DNA of 64,000 nt from Syntrophaceae bacterium (GTDB lineage: Bacteria; Desulfobacterota; Syntrophia; Syntrophales; Smithellaceae): the NCBI GenBank assembly GCA_003139775.1, contig PLGI01000080.1:34063-98062 (forward strand), given 5' to 3'. Positions 1 through 9,087 of this stretch are shown one piece after another. Within the stretch, counting starts at the first letter, position 1. The number at the start of each line of letters is the position of its first letter. Under the pieces are notes generated by a model. It was not told where the DNA came from. It worked only from the letters and a program-made list of their open reading frames with translations, and searched no databases. A program made the translations under genes and the position numbers.

Positions 1-34
1 CCGTTTTGATAAAGGCGTCTTGGAGAAGTTTGTT

Positions 35-583
35 TTATTTTTTAAATAAGGGTTCTTGCTTAATATAGTTATCGGCCAGGATAATCCCTAAAACAGTTTT
101 AGCGTCAATTATTTCGCCGTTTTTTAATAATTCCTGCGCTTGAGAAAAAGTGGTAGGGATTGTTTCAATGAATTCATCTTCGTCGGGAGTAAGCGGCGCG
201 ATGAAAAGATCCTTCGCCAGAAAAAAATACATATATTCGTTGCAGTATCCCGGCAGTAAATAGCCTTCAAAGAGTTTTAAAAGAGCTTTGGCTTTAAAGC
301 CGGTTTCTTCGGCCAGTTCCCTTTGGGCGCAGACAGCCGGTGATTCTTCTAAATTATCCAGCGAGCCGGCCGGAATTTCCAGAAGATTTTTTTTAACAGC
401 GGTTCGGTATTGTTTGATGAGAATTAATTCGTTTTTATCGTTGATGGCGACAATGGCTACTGTTGGATTGTGATTTATCCAGCTTTGTTTAGTTGATTTG
501 CCGTTGGGCAGATCAACTTCTTCTTCCCAAACATCAAAAATTTTACATTGGTACACTAAAGATGTTTTATTTTTTTTCATCAA
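35..583 (-). CDS. NUDIX hydrolase (ADP-ribose pyrophosphatase-like)
   Basis: 182-aa ORF with a Nudix-box-like signature, GSLDNLEESPAVCAQRELAEETGF. Confidence 0.85.
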   Translation of the reverse strand: MMKKNKTSLVYQCKIFDVWEEEVDLPNGKSTKQSWINHNPTVAIVAINDKNELILIKQYRTAVKKNLLEIPAGSLDNLEESPAVCAQRELAEETGFKAKALLKLFEGYLLPGYCNEYMYFFLAKDLFIAPLTPDEDEFIETIPTTFSQAQELLKNGEIIDAKTVLGIILADNYIKQEPLFKK

Positions 584-596
584 CGCGTCGCTTAAT

Positions 597-1163
597 TCAG
601 TTTGTCTTGATTATGGATAACAAATATTTTTCGATTTCTTCTTTCGGCAGAGCTCCGGTTACTTGTTTAACAAGCTTTCCTTCCTTAAAAAAAAGCATGG
701 TTGGAATACTGCGAATGCCATATTGCGAAGCGGTATGCGGATTTTCATCAACGTTCAGCTTTACGACTTTTACGCCATTGGCATAATCAGAAGCCAGCTC
801 GTCAATTATTGGTGATAAAGTCCGGCAGGGACCGCACCATGGTGCCCAACAATCCACGAGAACCGATGTATCGGCAGTCAGGACTTCACGGGTAAAGGTA
901 TTATCCGTTACTTCGAAAGCCGCGATTTTTTGTTGCGAGATTACCAGCGGGTCGTGACATTTGCCGCATATGGGTTTTTGATTTAAACGATCTTCAGGCA
1001 TTCTGTTTTTTGTGCCGCATTTCAGACATGGAATTATTAAGTCATCCAGCGAAGCGCCGCATTTGCCACAGACAGATCTGCCCTGTAGTTTTTTGTGAGG
1101 TATTCTGTTTTTTGTGCCGCAATTGAGGCAGCGGATAATTACGTTGTCAGGCATATTAATCAA
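597..1163 (-). CDS. Thioredoxin with two tandem N-terminal zinc-ribbon modules (Trx2-like)
   Basis: 188-aa ORF. The C-terminal part carries the WAPWCGPCR active site. The N-terminus has CLNCGTKN...CGKCG followed by CLKCGTKN...CGKCH. Confidence 0.85.
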   Translation of the reverse strand: MINMPDNVIIRCLNCGTKNRIPHKKLQGRSVCGKCGASLDDLIIPCLKCGTKNRMPEDRLNQKPICGKCHDPLVISQQKIAAFEVTDNTFTREVLTADTSVLVDCWAPWCGPCRTLSPIIDELASDYANGVKVVKLNVDENPHTASQYGIRSIPTMLFFKEGKLVKQVTGALPKEEIEKYLLSIIKTN

Positions 1164-1205
1164 ACCTCGTTAATTATTATCTCTTTTTTGCCGGAAAAAG
1201 GCAAA

Positions 1206-1688
1206 TTATATAGCAACACTCACATAGACCGGCTTAAGTATGCGAATGAGTTCAGCTGAGGGCATATGCGCCAGCAAACCGCGGCTGCCCGCGTTAATAA
1301 AAATTTCCGGCAAATCGGCTATGGTACTTTCCATATACACCTGCATTGCTTTTTTTGTGCCGAAAGGCGAAGTGCCGCCAACTTTATAGCCGGTATGTTT
1401 TTCTGCAATTACTGGATTGCAGGGTGAAATCGACTTTACGCCAATAATGCGGGCTATTGATTTTGTGGAAACTTCTTTATCACCGTGCATCAAAATAATC
1501 AGGGGCTTACCTGCTTCGTCTTCCATCACCAACGTTTTAATAACGCGGTGTTCGTCAACGCCCAATTTGCCTGCTGCTCTTTCTGTTCCGCCCCTTTCCT
1601 CGTATTGGTAAGTATGCAGAGTAAAATCAGCCCTTTGCGCCTTCAGGGCTAAAATAGCGGGTGTTGTCGGAATTTTTTCTTTAGTCAT
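1206..1688 (-). CDS. ybaK: Cys-tRNA(Pro)/Cys-tRNA(Cys) deacylase, YbaK/EbsC family
   Basis: 160-aa ORF with family-typical length and motifs (HTYQYE..., GYKVGGTSPFG). Confidence 0.75.
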   Translation of the reverse strand: MTKEKIPTTPAILALKAQRADFTLHTYQYEERGGTERAAGKLGVDEHRVIKTLVMEDEAGKPLIILMHGDKEVSTKSIARIIGVKSISPCNPVIAEKHTGYKVGGTSPFGTKKAMQVYMESTIADLPEIFINAGSRGLLAHMPSAELIRILKPVYVSVAI

Positions 1689-1948
1689 TAGAAATTATAA
1701 TAACAATTAAAACTAAAAAAGCAATACAGACGGGGTAGCAAGGGTATGAAATGTCATAGGACAAGGTTTCTTTACATCCGGCGTAAAGATCAACAGTAAA
1801 TCATCCTTCCTGAAAGAAATAAAACGTTATCCTTGTCAGATATTCTTGCTTTCAATCAGTAATCAATAAAAACTTCCCAAAAAGCATTACACCTGATATT
1901 AGAAAAGGCACTTGGAGAAAGTGAAAATATAACAGGAGAACCAAAACG

Positions 1949-3256
1949 ATGATTTACAATGAAGAATATGAAACTCTGCCCAGAGAAGCCCTGAAAGCAT
2001 TGCAATTAAAAAGATTACAGCAAATTGTTAATCTGGTCTATAACAACGTCGATTTTTATAAAAAGTCCTTCGACAAAGAGGGAGTAACCCCTGATGACCT
2101 CAAAACTCTTGATGACGTTAAGCGATTTCCCTTTACCTCAAAGCAGGATTTGCGGGATAATTATCCTTTTGGAATGTTTGCCGTACCGATGAGTAATGTT
2201 GTCCGCCTGCATGCGTCATCGGGAACAACAGGCCGCTCTACCGTAGTCGGATACACGAAGCGCGATATCGACACCTGGGCGGAACTGATAGCTCGCTGCC
2301 TCGTCGCCGCCAATCTTACCAAAGGTGACGTTATCCATAATGCTTATGGCTATGGTCTGTTTACAGGCGGCCTGGGTCTTCATTACGGAGCGGAAAAGCT
2401 CGGGGCCAGCGTTATCCCCATGTCCGGCGGCAATACCAAGCGGCAACTGATGATTCTCCAGGATTTCGGTCCGACAGCAATCTGCTGCACTCCTTCTTAT
2501 GCGCTGAATCTGGCGGAGCAGGGGCAGGCTATGGGTATAGATATGCGTTCCTTAAAACTGCGCGTGGGCATCTTCGGCGCTGAACCCTGGAGCGAACAAA
2601 TGCGCCGGCAGATTGAAGAGGCCTTTGACATTAAAGCTCTAAATATCTACGGCCTTTCCGAGATCATGGGACCCGGTGTTGCCATGGAATGCAGCGACGT
2701 GAAGGAAGGTATGCATATTTTTGAAGATCATTTTCTGGTGGAGACCATCAATCCGAAAACGGGCGAGGTTCTCCCTCCCGGCGAGCAGGGCGAACTGGTC
2801 TTTACAACTCTGACCAAAGAGGCTTTTCCTCTGATACGTTACCGGACCCGTGATATTTCCCGTCTGTATCCGATACCCTGTCGCTGCGGCCGAACGTCTT
2901 ACCGTATGGATCGCGTTATGGGCAGGAGCGATGATATGCTCATCATCCGGGGCGTCAATGTCTTTCCCTCACAGATCGAGGCCGTACTGATTGCAATCGA
3001 AGGCCTGGAACCCCATTATCAGCTTATTGTTGATCGTGTAGGCACTCTTGATACTCTGGAGGTACAGGTTGAAGTTACGGATAGCCAGTTTGTCAATGCT
3101 GATGAAGTGAAGGAGCTGCAGAAACTGGAAAAGCAATTGATCAAGGATATGAAAGACTATCTGGGAATTACGGCTAAGGTCAAACTCGTGGAACCCCAAA
3201 CCATTCAGCGCTCCGAAGGTAAGGCCAGTCGGGTGATTGATAAACGGAAAATATAA
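1949..3256 (+). CDS. Phenylacetate-CoA ligase / coenzyme F390 synthetase family adenylate-forming enzyme
   Basis: 435-aa ORF. It has an N-terminus typical of the PaaK family ([17 protein letters not shown]) and the AMP-binding motif [16 protein letters not shown] lies upstream of the ATG. Confidence 0.8.
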   Translation: MIYNEEYETLPREALKALQLKRLQQIVNLVYNNVDFYKKSFDKEGVTPDDLKTLDDVKRFPFTSKQDLRDNYPFGMFAVPMSNVVRLHASSGTTGRSTVVGYTKRDIDTWAELIARCLVAANLTKGDVIHNAYGYGLFTGGLGLHYGAEKLGASVIPMSGGNTKRQLMILQDFGPTAICCTPSYALNLAEQGQAMGIDMRSLKLRVGIFGAEPWSEQMRRQIEEAFDIKALNIYGLSEIMGPGVAMECSDVKEGMHIFEDHFLVETINPKTGEVLPPGEQGELVFTTLTKEAFPLIRYRTRDISRLYPIPCRCGRTSYRMDRVMGRSDDMLIIRGVNVFPSQIEAVLIAIEGLEPHYQLIVDRVGTLDTLEVQVEVTDSQFVNADEVKELQKLEKQLIKDMKDYLGITAKVKLVEPQTIQRSEGKASRVIDKRKI

Positions 3257-3444
3257 TTACTTATGTCATTTTTACTGAAACTTTATAAATACCTGATGTA
3301 TTGACATTGCTACACTCACAATAAAGGTGTCGACAAGGATATTTTTATTCTCCTTTGTGACAGAATGCTGTCATGTATGTTTCGACCAGTATTCCTCAAC
3401 TTTTTTTAAACAACAAAAGTGTGGATAAGTAGATACCGTTCTTG

Positions 3445-3630
3445 TCAAGCGCAAGTTGGCTTATAATTTGGATCATACATTTTGCCTGATTTCAGGACTC
3501 CAAAGATAACATGAACCAATTTACGCATTATCGCACAGACAATTACTTTCCCATTTTTCCCTCTTTCTTTCAGTCTAAAGTTATAAATATTACAAATATT
3601 CACACTGGTAAAAAGCTGCGTTCTAATCAA
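3445..3630 (-). pseudogene. IS110-family transposase, C-terminal fragment only (IS scar)
   Basis: In the 61-aa ORF, the segment FRLKERGKNGKVIVCAIMRKLVHVIFGVLKSGKMYDPNY resembles the extreme C-terminus of IS110/IS116/IS902 transposases. No upstream catalytic region is present. It sits in a 630-nt noncoding gap. Confidence 0.55.
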
Positions 3631-3883
3631 CCTTGCAAGTGCAAACTCATTCTCCTCTGAGAAGGTTTATGATACTGTACGAGTTATTGAACAAAGCAAT
3701 GGGAAAAGGATCTAATCTACAAAACATGTTCTCAGGCATCAGGTGAAAGACAGATTCACTTCTCCCATTTACTATGATATTTTATACCATACGCTAAATT
3801 ATAAGAACACAAGGTGTAAGAAATAACCGATAAGACTTAATTAAACAACGTCCTCTTGATTTTACATTGATTTTAAGTTATTT

Positions 3884-5068
3884 GTGCAAAACATATCTTT
3901 GCTAGGGAGAATTAAGTTGCAATTTAATCCTTGCATGAAACATAAACTTATCCGCAATTCCGTGCGGCATTTCGCAGAAACCGAACTTGCTCCTATTGCC
4001 GCCGAAATAGACCGCGATGCTACATTTCCCCTCGATGTCATTGAAAAAATGAAAACGCTTAATTATTTCGGCCTGCAGGTGCCGAAGGAATTCGGCGGGG
4101 CGGCCATGGATTCAATCAGCGCGGCGATAGTTATGGAAGAAATTTCCCGTGTATGCGCGGCGGTCGGTTTATGCGTTACTGTGCACAATGGCGTTGCTGT
4201 TTATCCGTTTATCCGGTTTGCGACACCGGAGCAGAAAAAACATTATTTGCCTAAGTTGGCCAGCGGTGAAATTATCGGCGCTTTCAGCCTGACCGAAGCC
4301 AATGCCGGCTCTGATGCGGGAAGTGTGGAGACAACAGCGGTAAAGAAAAATCAGGAATACATCTTAAACGGCACAAAAATATTTGTCACCAACGGCGGGG
4401 TTTGTGATCTGGCCTTAATTTTCGCTCTTACCAATACCGATCAGACACGCCTGCAGAGCAGTGTTTTTATTGTCGAGAGCGGGTTTCCCGGTTTTTTACG
4501 CGGCGAGTTGGAAGATCTTTGCGGTATGCGCGCCAATCCCGTATCTTCTCTGTTTTTAGAAGATTGCCGTGTGCCGGAAAAAAATCTTTTAGGAAAACTG
4601 GGCGATGGAATGAAAATAGGTATGACCACACTTGATAACGGCCGGATAGGTGTTGCGGCGCAAGCTCTCGGTATCGCCCAGGGAGCCTTTGAAGCCGCGG
4701 TTAAATACGCCAAGGAAAGACAGCAATTTAAAAAGCCCATTGCCTCGCTGCAAACAATTCAAAATTACATTGCCGATATGGCCACGGGAATAGCCGCCGC
4801 GCGTCTGCTTTTATACCACGCCTGTTCCTTGAAGGATGAGGGAGCGCCCTTTGGCTGTGAGGCGGCGATGGCGAAACTTTATTGCAGTCAGGTCGCGTCA
4901 AAGGTCACATCGCTGGCCGTGCAAATTCACGGTGGTTATGGATACAGCAAGGAATACGATGTGGAAAGATATTTCCGCGATGCTAAAGTTACGGAAATTT
5001 ATGAAGGCACGAGCGAAATTCAGCGCCTGGTCATTGCTCGCTCAGTGCTGTCTCAATGGACTTTTTAG
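3884..5068 (+). CDS. Acyl-CoA dehydrogenase (short/medium-chain, butyryl-CoA dehydrogenase-like)
   Basis: ORF with ACAD motifs (GAFSLTEANAGSDAGS; IHGGYGYSKEYDVERYFRDAKVTEIYEGTSEIQRLVIAR). The real start is probably TTG 3917 (GGGAGA 6 nt upstream) or ATG 3935. Confidence 0.9.
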   Translation: MQNISLLGRIKLQFNPCMKHKLIRNSVRHFAETELAPIAAEIDRDATFPLDVIEKMKTLNYFGLQVPKEFGGAAMDSISAAIVMEEISRVCAAVGLCVTVHNGVAVYPFIRFATPEQKKHYLPKLASGEIIGAFSLTEANAGSDAGSVETTAVKKNQEYILNGTKIFVTNGGVCDLALIFALTNTDQTRLQSSVFIVESGFPGFLRGELEDLCGMRANPVSSLFLEDCRVPEKNLLGKLGDGMKIGMTTLDNGRIGVAAQALGIAQGAFEAAVKYAKERQQFKKPIASLQTIQNYIADMATGIAAARLLLYHACSLKDEGAPFGCEAAMAKLYCSQVASKVTSLAVQIHGGYGYSKEYDVERYFRDAKVTEIYEGTSEIQRLVIARSVLSQWTF

Positions 5069-5074
5069 AAAATT

Positions 5075-5908
5075 ATGTTGAATCTCGTAGTTTGTTTAAA
5101 ACAAGTTCCCATGGTGACAGAGCTGCCGTGGGATGCAAAAACCGGCACGTTAAGGCGTGATCTGGCTGCCGGGATGATGAATCCGGCCTGCAAGCATGCA
5201 CTGGAAGCCGCTCTGCAAATCAAGGAAAAATTTTCCGCACACATTACGGTTATAACTATGGGTCCTCCCGCCGCAGAGGAGGTTCTGCGCGAAGCGCTGG
5301 CTCTGGGCGCGGACAGAGCTATCCTTATTTGCGATAAGCTTCTGGCCGGAGCGGATACCTACGCCACTTCATTGGTGTTAACAGCAGCAATAAAAAAGGA
5401 ATGTCCGAAATTTGATCTTATCCTTTGTGGCGCCTACACAGCCGATAGTGAAACAGCGCAGGTCGGTCCGCAGTTAGCCGAGGAATTGGATTTACCCGCG
5501 GCCGCATATGTTGAAAAGCTGGAAATTCATGGCCGGACATTAAGAGTTCGTCGGATGGTGGATAATTTCCGCGAAACACTGGAAATGGAATTTCCGGCGT
5601 TGGTGACAGTGTCCATGGAAAATTACAGGCCGCGCTACACGGAGCTTATGGGCTTGGAGAACGCTTTTGGCGGGGATGGTGTTATTGTTCTTGGCGCGGC
5701 GGCTCTTGGTATAAACGCTTCATTATTTAAAAATAAAGGCTCGCGCACCAAAGTGCGCAAAGTCTTTTTGAGAAAAACTCAGAAAGAAAACGTGATTTTG
5801 CAGGGAACGGCGTCCGCTGTGGTTACTGAATTTCTCAATAAATATCAAAGGAAAATCAGCACGGCAATCGGCAAATCTATTGAGGGAAAGCTTAATGATG
5901 AAGAGTAA
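5075..5908 (+). CDS. etfB: Electron transfer flavoprotein, beta subunit
   Basis: 277-aa ORF starting MLNLVVCLKQVP, with ADSETAQVGPQLAEELDLP. It lies directly downstream of the ACAD gene. Confidence 0.9.
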   Translation: MLNLVVCLKQVPMVTELPWDAKTGTLRRDLAAGMMNPACKHALEAALQIKEKFSAHITVITMGPPAAEEVLREALALGADRAILICDKLLAGADTYATSLVLTAAIKKECPKFDLILCGAYTADSETAQVGPQLAEELDLPAAAYVEKLEIHGRTLRVRRMVDNFRETLEMEFPALVTVSMENYRPRYTELMGLENAFGGDGVIVLGAAALGINASLFKNKGSRTKVRKVFLRKTQKENVILQGTASAVVTEFLNKYQRKISTAIGKSIEGKLNDEE

Positions 5909-6899
5909 GAAAAAAAGTATCTGGGTATTCGGCGATTACCGCAACTATTATCAAAACCGTGTAACTTTGCAGTTACTTTCCAAAGCGGTAGATCTTGCTC
6001 AAACAATCAAAGCGGAAGTTTGCGCGCTGGTTTTCGGTCATGAGATTGATGAATGGATTATGGAATATACTGCGCACGGAGCGGATAGAATTCTGGCGAT
6101 TGATGATCCCGCTTTAAAGAGCTACAGCACGGAAAAATACCTGGCGATCATCGAAAATTTAGCAAAGGAAAGAGATCCGGAGATTATCCTGATCGGGGCG
6201 ACTGATTTTGGCCGTGAATTCGCGCCGCGGCTGGCCAAGCGGTTGAAGACCGGTTTATCCGCTGATTGCGTCGGGCTCGATATTACGGATGACGGATTAT
6301 TGCTGCAAATAGCTCCTTCTTTTGGCGGTAACATGCTGGCCGAAATCGTTACGGAACTCCATCGTCCCCAGATGGTCACGGTACGGCCGGGCACCTTTAA
6401 AGAAATACCGCACAATTATACAAGAAAGGCTTTGGTTGAACGCCTGCCCTTGATGAAAAAACTGCCGAAGTCGCGAGTTCGTCTTATAGAGTATGAACGT
6501 TCTGTAGAAAAAGAACATACCATTGAAAACGCTTCCGTCATCGTTTGCGGTGGTCGCGGCATGGGCAATAGAGACAAATTTAAAAAATTACATGATCTGG
6601 CCAGACTTTTGGGAGGAGATGTCGGCGCCACAAGGCCAGTCGTGTATTCCGGATGGGCTGATCATGGCGCGCTGGTCGGACAAGCCGGCAAGCACATCAA
6701 ACCGAAAATTCTTTTTTCCTTTGGCATCAGCGGCGCCATCCAGCATACAGCCGGATTGGGCGAAGCAGATTTCATTATTGCCATCAATAAAAACCCGCAG
6801 GCGACAATGATGAAAATGGCCGATGTCGCTATCATTGCCGACGCCAGCGACGTCCTCAAGACACTCATTAAAGAACTGAAAAAACGAATCAGAGAATAA
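5895..6899 (+). CDS. etfA: Electron transfer flavoprotein, alpha subunit
   Basis: The ORF track gives 5880. ATG 5895/5898 behind GAGGGAAAG is the likelier start. C-terminal FAD-binding motif GISGAIQHTAG...AINKNPQA. Overlaps the etfB stop. Confidence 0.9.
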   Translation: MMKSKKKSIWVFGDYRNYYQNRVTLQLLSKAVDLAQTIKAEVCALVFGHEIDEWIMEYTAHGADRILAIDDPALKSYSTEKYLAIIENLAKERDPEIILIGATDFGREFAPRLAKRLKTGLSADCVGLDITDDGLLLQIAPSFGGNMLAEIVTELHRPQMVTVRPGTFKEIPHNYTRKALVERLPLMKKLPKSRVRLIEYERSVEKEHTIENASVIVCGGRGMGNRDKFKKLHDLARLLGGDVGATRPVVYSGWADHGALVGQAGKHIKPKILFSFGISGAIQHTAGLGEADFIIAINKNPQATMMKMADVAIIADASDVLKTLIKELKKRIRE

Positions 6900-6926
6900 T
6901 CCATTACACAAATGGACAGAGCATAA

Positions 6927-7754
6927 TTATTCAGGCGCACTGGTTTGAACATAACGAACTCCCATCCAGATTATTACAACCACAAATATTGAGCGCAGTA
7001 TGTTATCGGAAAACAAAAAGGCGAGATTTCCACCCAGATATGTACCGAAAATAATTCCGGGGATAAGACCAAAAAGAATTCCTACCACAACATTTCCCAT
7101 CTTCCAATGGGTGAAGGCGCCCACTGCGCCTGCCGGAACCATAACAAGCAGTGATGTTCCCTGAGCAACATGCTGGGTAAAACCGGCCAGAAGAACCATG
7201 ACGGGAACCATTATTGTTCCACCGCCAACCCCCATCATTCCTGAAAGAAATCCGGTAAAAGCTCCGGTTATCAAAAATACAATTATTTTTGCATAACCGG
7301 GAACGGTGCCGATGATGTTGGCCAAATATGGTTTAAAAAGTAAAATCGCCGCGCAAAAGATCAAGAATGCGCCGAAAGTTTTTTTCAATTTCCATTCGGG
7401 AAGAATATGAGCATGACGCGCTCCGGCTTGTGCGGTAAATATTGCCGGTACCGCTATAAGTACAGCCGCCGTAATATCAATCGCGCCATTTAAAGCGTAG
7501 GTTATTGCTCCGCTGATTCCTGTAAAGACTAGAGCCACCAGACTGGTGCCATGCGCTTTGTGTTGATTCAGATTCAATACGCCCGCCATCAAGGGAATCA
7601 TAACCAGCCCGCCGCCAAGCCCGGCAAGGCCGCCAAAGATTCCGGCAGTGATCCCGATTACGAAACTAATGACATTTATTTTCAGCTGAGCTACCTCCGG
7701 TAGGATTAATGTACTTTTCCCCTTGCCAGTGAAGCAAAGATACCACCACAGCAA
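6927..7754 (-). CDS. TauE/SafE family sulfite/anion exporter (membrane protein)
   Basis: Polytopic hydrophobic ORF with the duplicated motif GLGGGLVMIPL / GVGGGTIMVPV. The start is uncertain because the longest ORF overlaps the upstream MFS gene by 49 nt; a GGAGG sits near 7700. Confidence 0.75.
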   Translation of the reverse strand: MLWWYLCFTGKGKSTLILPEVAQLKINVISFVIGITAGIFGGLAGLGGGLVMIPLMAGVLNLNQHKAHGTSLVALVFTGISGAITYALNGAIDITAAVLIAVPAIFTAQAGARHAHILPEWKLKKTFGAFLIFCAAILLFKPYLANIIGTVPGYAKIIVFLITGAFTGFLSGMMGVGGGTIMVPVMVLLAGFTQHVAQGTSLLVMVPAGAVGAFTHWKMGNVVVGILFGLIPGIIFGTYLGGNLAFLFSDNILRSIFVVVIIWMGVRYVQTSAPE

Positions 7755-9073
7755 ATCACGGCCAAGAGGGTAAAAATAATTTGGATGCTTTTTAAAAGAA
7801 GAGGATTGTTAGCTTGCGAAATAGGATGGTTTCCTAAAATAACGGCAAAAACTAACATCGTAATACCCATGCTGAACATTTGACCTGTCAGCCTCATTGT
7901 GCCCAACGTGGCCGAAGCTATGCCGTAAAATTTATTTTCCACAGCACTCATTGTGGCGTTGACGTTGGGTGAGGAAAAAAGCGCAAAACCAAGACCGAGT
8001 AAAATAAGGCAAAACACAATGTAATGAATACTTGTATCGTTATTGATAAAAATTAACGGAATAAGCCCGATTACATTCAGGGCCATGCCGATGGAAGCGA
8101 TAATCTGCGGCTCAAGGCGGTCGGAAAGTCTTCCGGCAAGAGGTGAAAAAAACGCCTGCATAAAAGGCGCGGCAACAAGAATGATGCCTGTCTGAGATGG
8201 CGTCAACATTTTAATGTGCTGCAAATAAAGGCTAAGCAAAAATGTAACTGCAAATGTAGCGCAGTAATTGATTAGCGCCGCTAAATTGGAAAAAGCAAAA
8301 ACTTTGTTATCCAAAAACAAACGTATATCCAATAAAGGGGAAGGTTGTTTTAATTGCTGAAAAATAAAGAAACCCAGGCAAAGCACACCCAGACCGATTA
8401 ATAGTCCGGCCCTCCATGTGGGCAGTAAGGAGAATCCATACATAATGGCAAAAAGAGCAATCGCATATAGCATGGAGCCGGCAAAGTCAAAACCTTCGCC
8501 TTTGGTTCCCGACCATTCTTCCTTAATCATGGCGGCAACACTTAATATGATAATTATGCCCAGAATAGCCGTAAAAATAAAAATGTATCTCCAGCCCAAA
8601 TGCTCCGTGAGCAAACCGCCGATGAACGGACCAATTGTCAGGCCGATGTAAACTGCGGCGATATTAATTCCCAGTATTTTACCCCGGTCGCCTGCAGGAT
8701 AAGCGGAGACCAACATTGCCGTACCAGTGCTGAAGATCATCGCTCCGCCAATCCCCTGTATTATGCGCACGGCAATTAAAAAAGTCTGTGTAGGGGACCA
8801 AGCGCAAAGCCCAGAGGCTGCGGTAAAAACTATCGCGCCATAAAGAAAGATTTTTTTGCGGCCATATATATCGGCCAACCGTCCCAAAGGAACGAGGGTT
8901 ATCGCGGCAGCCAGAATAAAGGATGTCGCCACCCAGCTTAAAGACAAGGCGGTCATGGACAGCTCTTTGGCCATAAAGGGCAATGCTACGTTGACTGCCG
9001 ATCCCATAAAAGGTGTGAGAAACGAACTTAGAGTGGTGGCTAATAGAAGGATGTACAATTGTTTTTTGGTCAT
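7706..9073 (-). CDS. MFS transporter (drug:H+ antiporter-like)
   Basis: 455-aa polytopic ORF with the MFS signature LGRLADIYGRKKIF after TM2. Confidence 0.8.
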   Translation of the reverse strand: MTKKQLYILLLATTLSSFLTPFMGSAVNVALPFMAKELSMTALSLSWVATSFILAAAITLVPLGRLADIYGRKKIFLYGAIVFTAASGLCAWSPTQTFLIAVRIIQGIGGAMIFSTGTAMLVSAYPAGDRGKILGINIAAVYIGLTIGPFIGGLLTEHLGWRYIFIFTAILGIIIILSVAAMIKEEWSGTKGEGFDFAGSMLYAIALFAIMYGFSLLPTWRAGLLIGLGVLCLGFFIFQQLKQPSPLLDIRLFLDNKVFAFSNLAALINYCATFAVTFLLSLYLQHIKMLTPSQTGIILVAAPFMQAFFSPLAGRLSDRLEPQIIASIGMALNVIGLIPLIFINNDTSIHYIVFCLILLGLGFALFSSPNVNATMSAVENKFYGIASATLGTMRLTGQMFSMGITMLVFAVILGNHPISQANNPLLLKSIQIIFTLLAVICCGGIFASLARGKVH

Positions 9074-9087
9074 GAAATCACAGTTGG

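Noticed and set aside
4441-6952. A series of antisense or overlapping ORFs inside the acyl-CoA dehydrogenase and etfBA genes: 4441-4740, 4836-5081, 6122-6415, 6297-6518, 6416-6631, 6523-6810, 6588-6911, 6662-6952.
   Set aside because: These are shadow ORFs within genes that have strong family motifs. The same applies to most other 60-140-aa ORFs in the track, for example 27155-27919, 40439-41083, 51027-51461 and 57177-57593.
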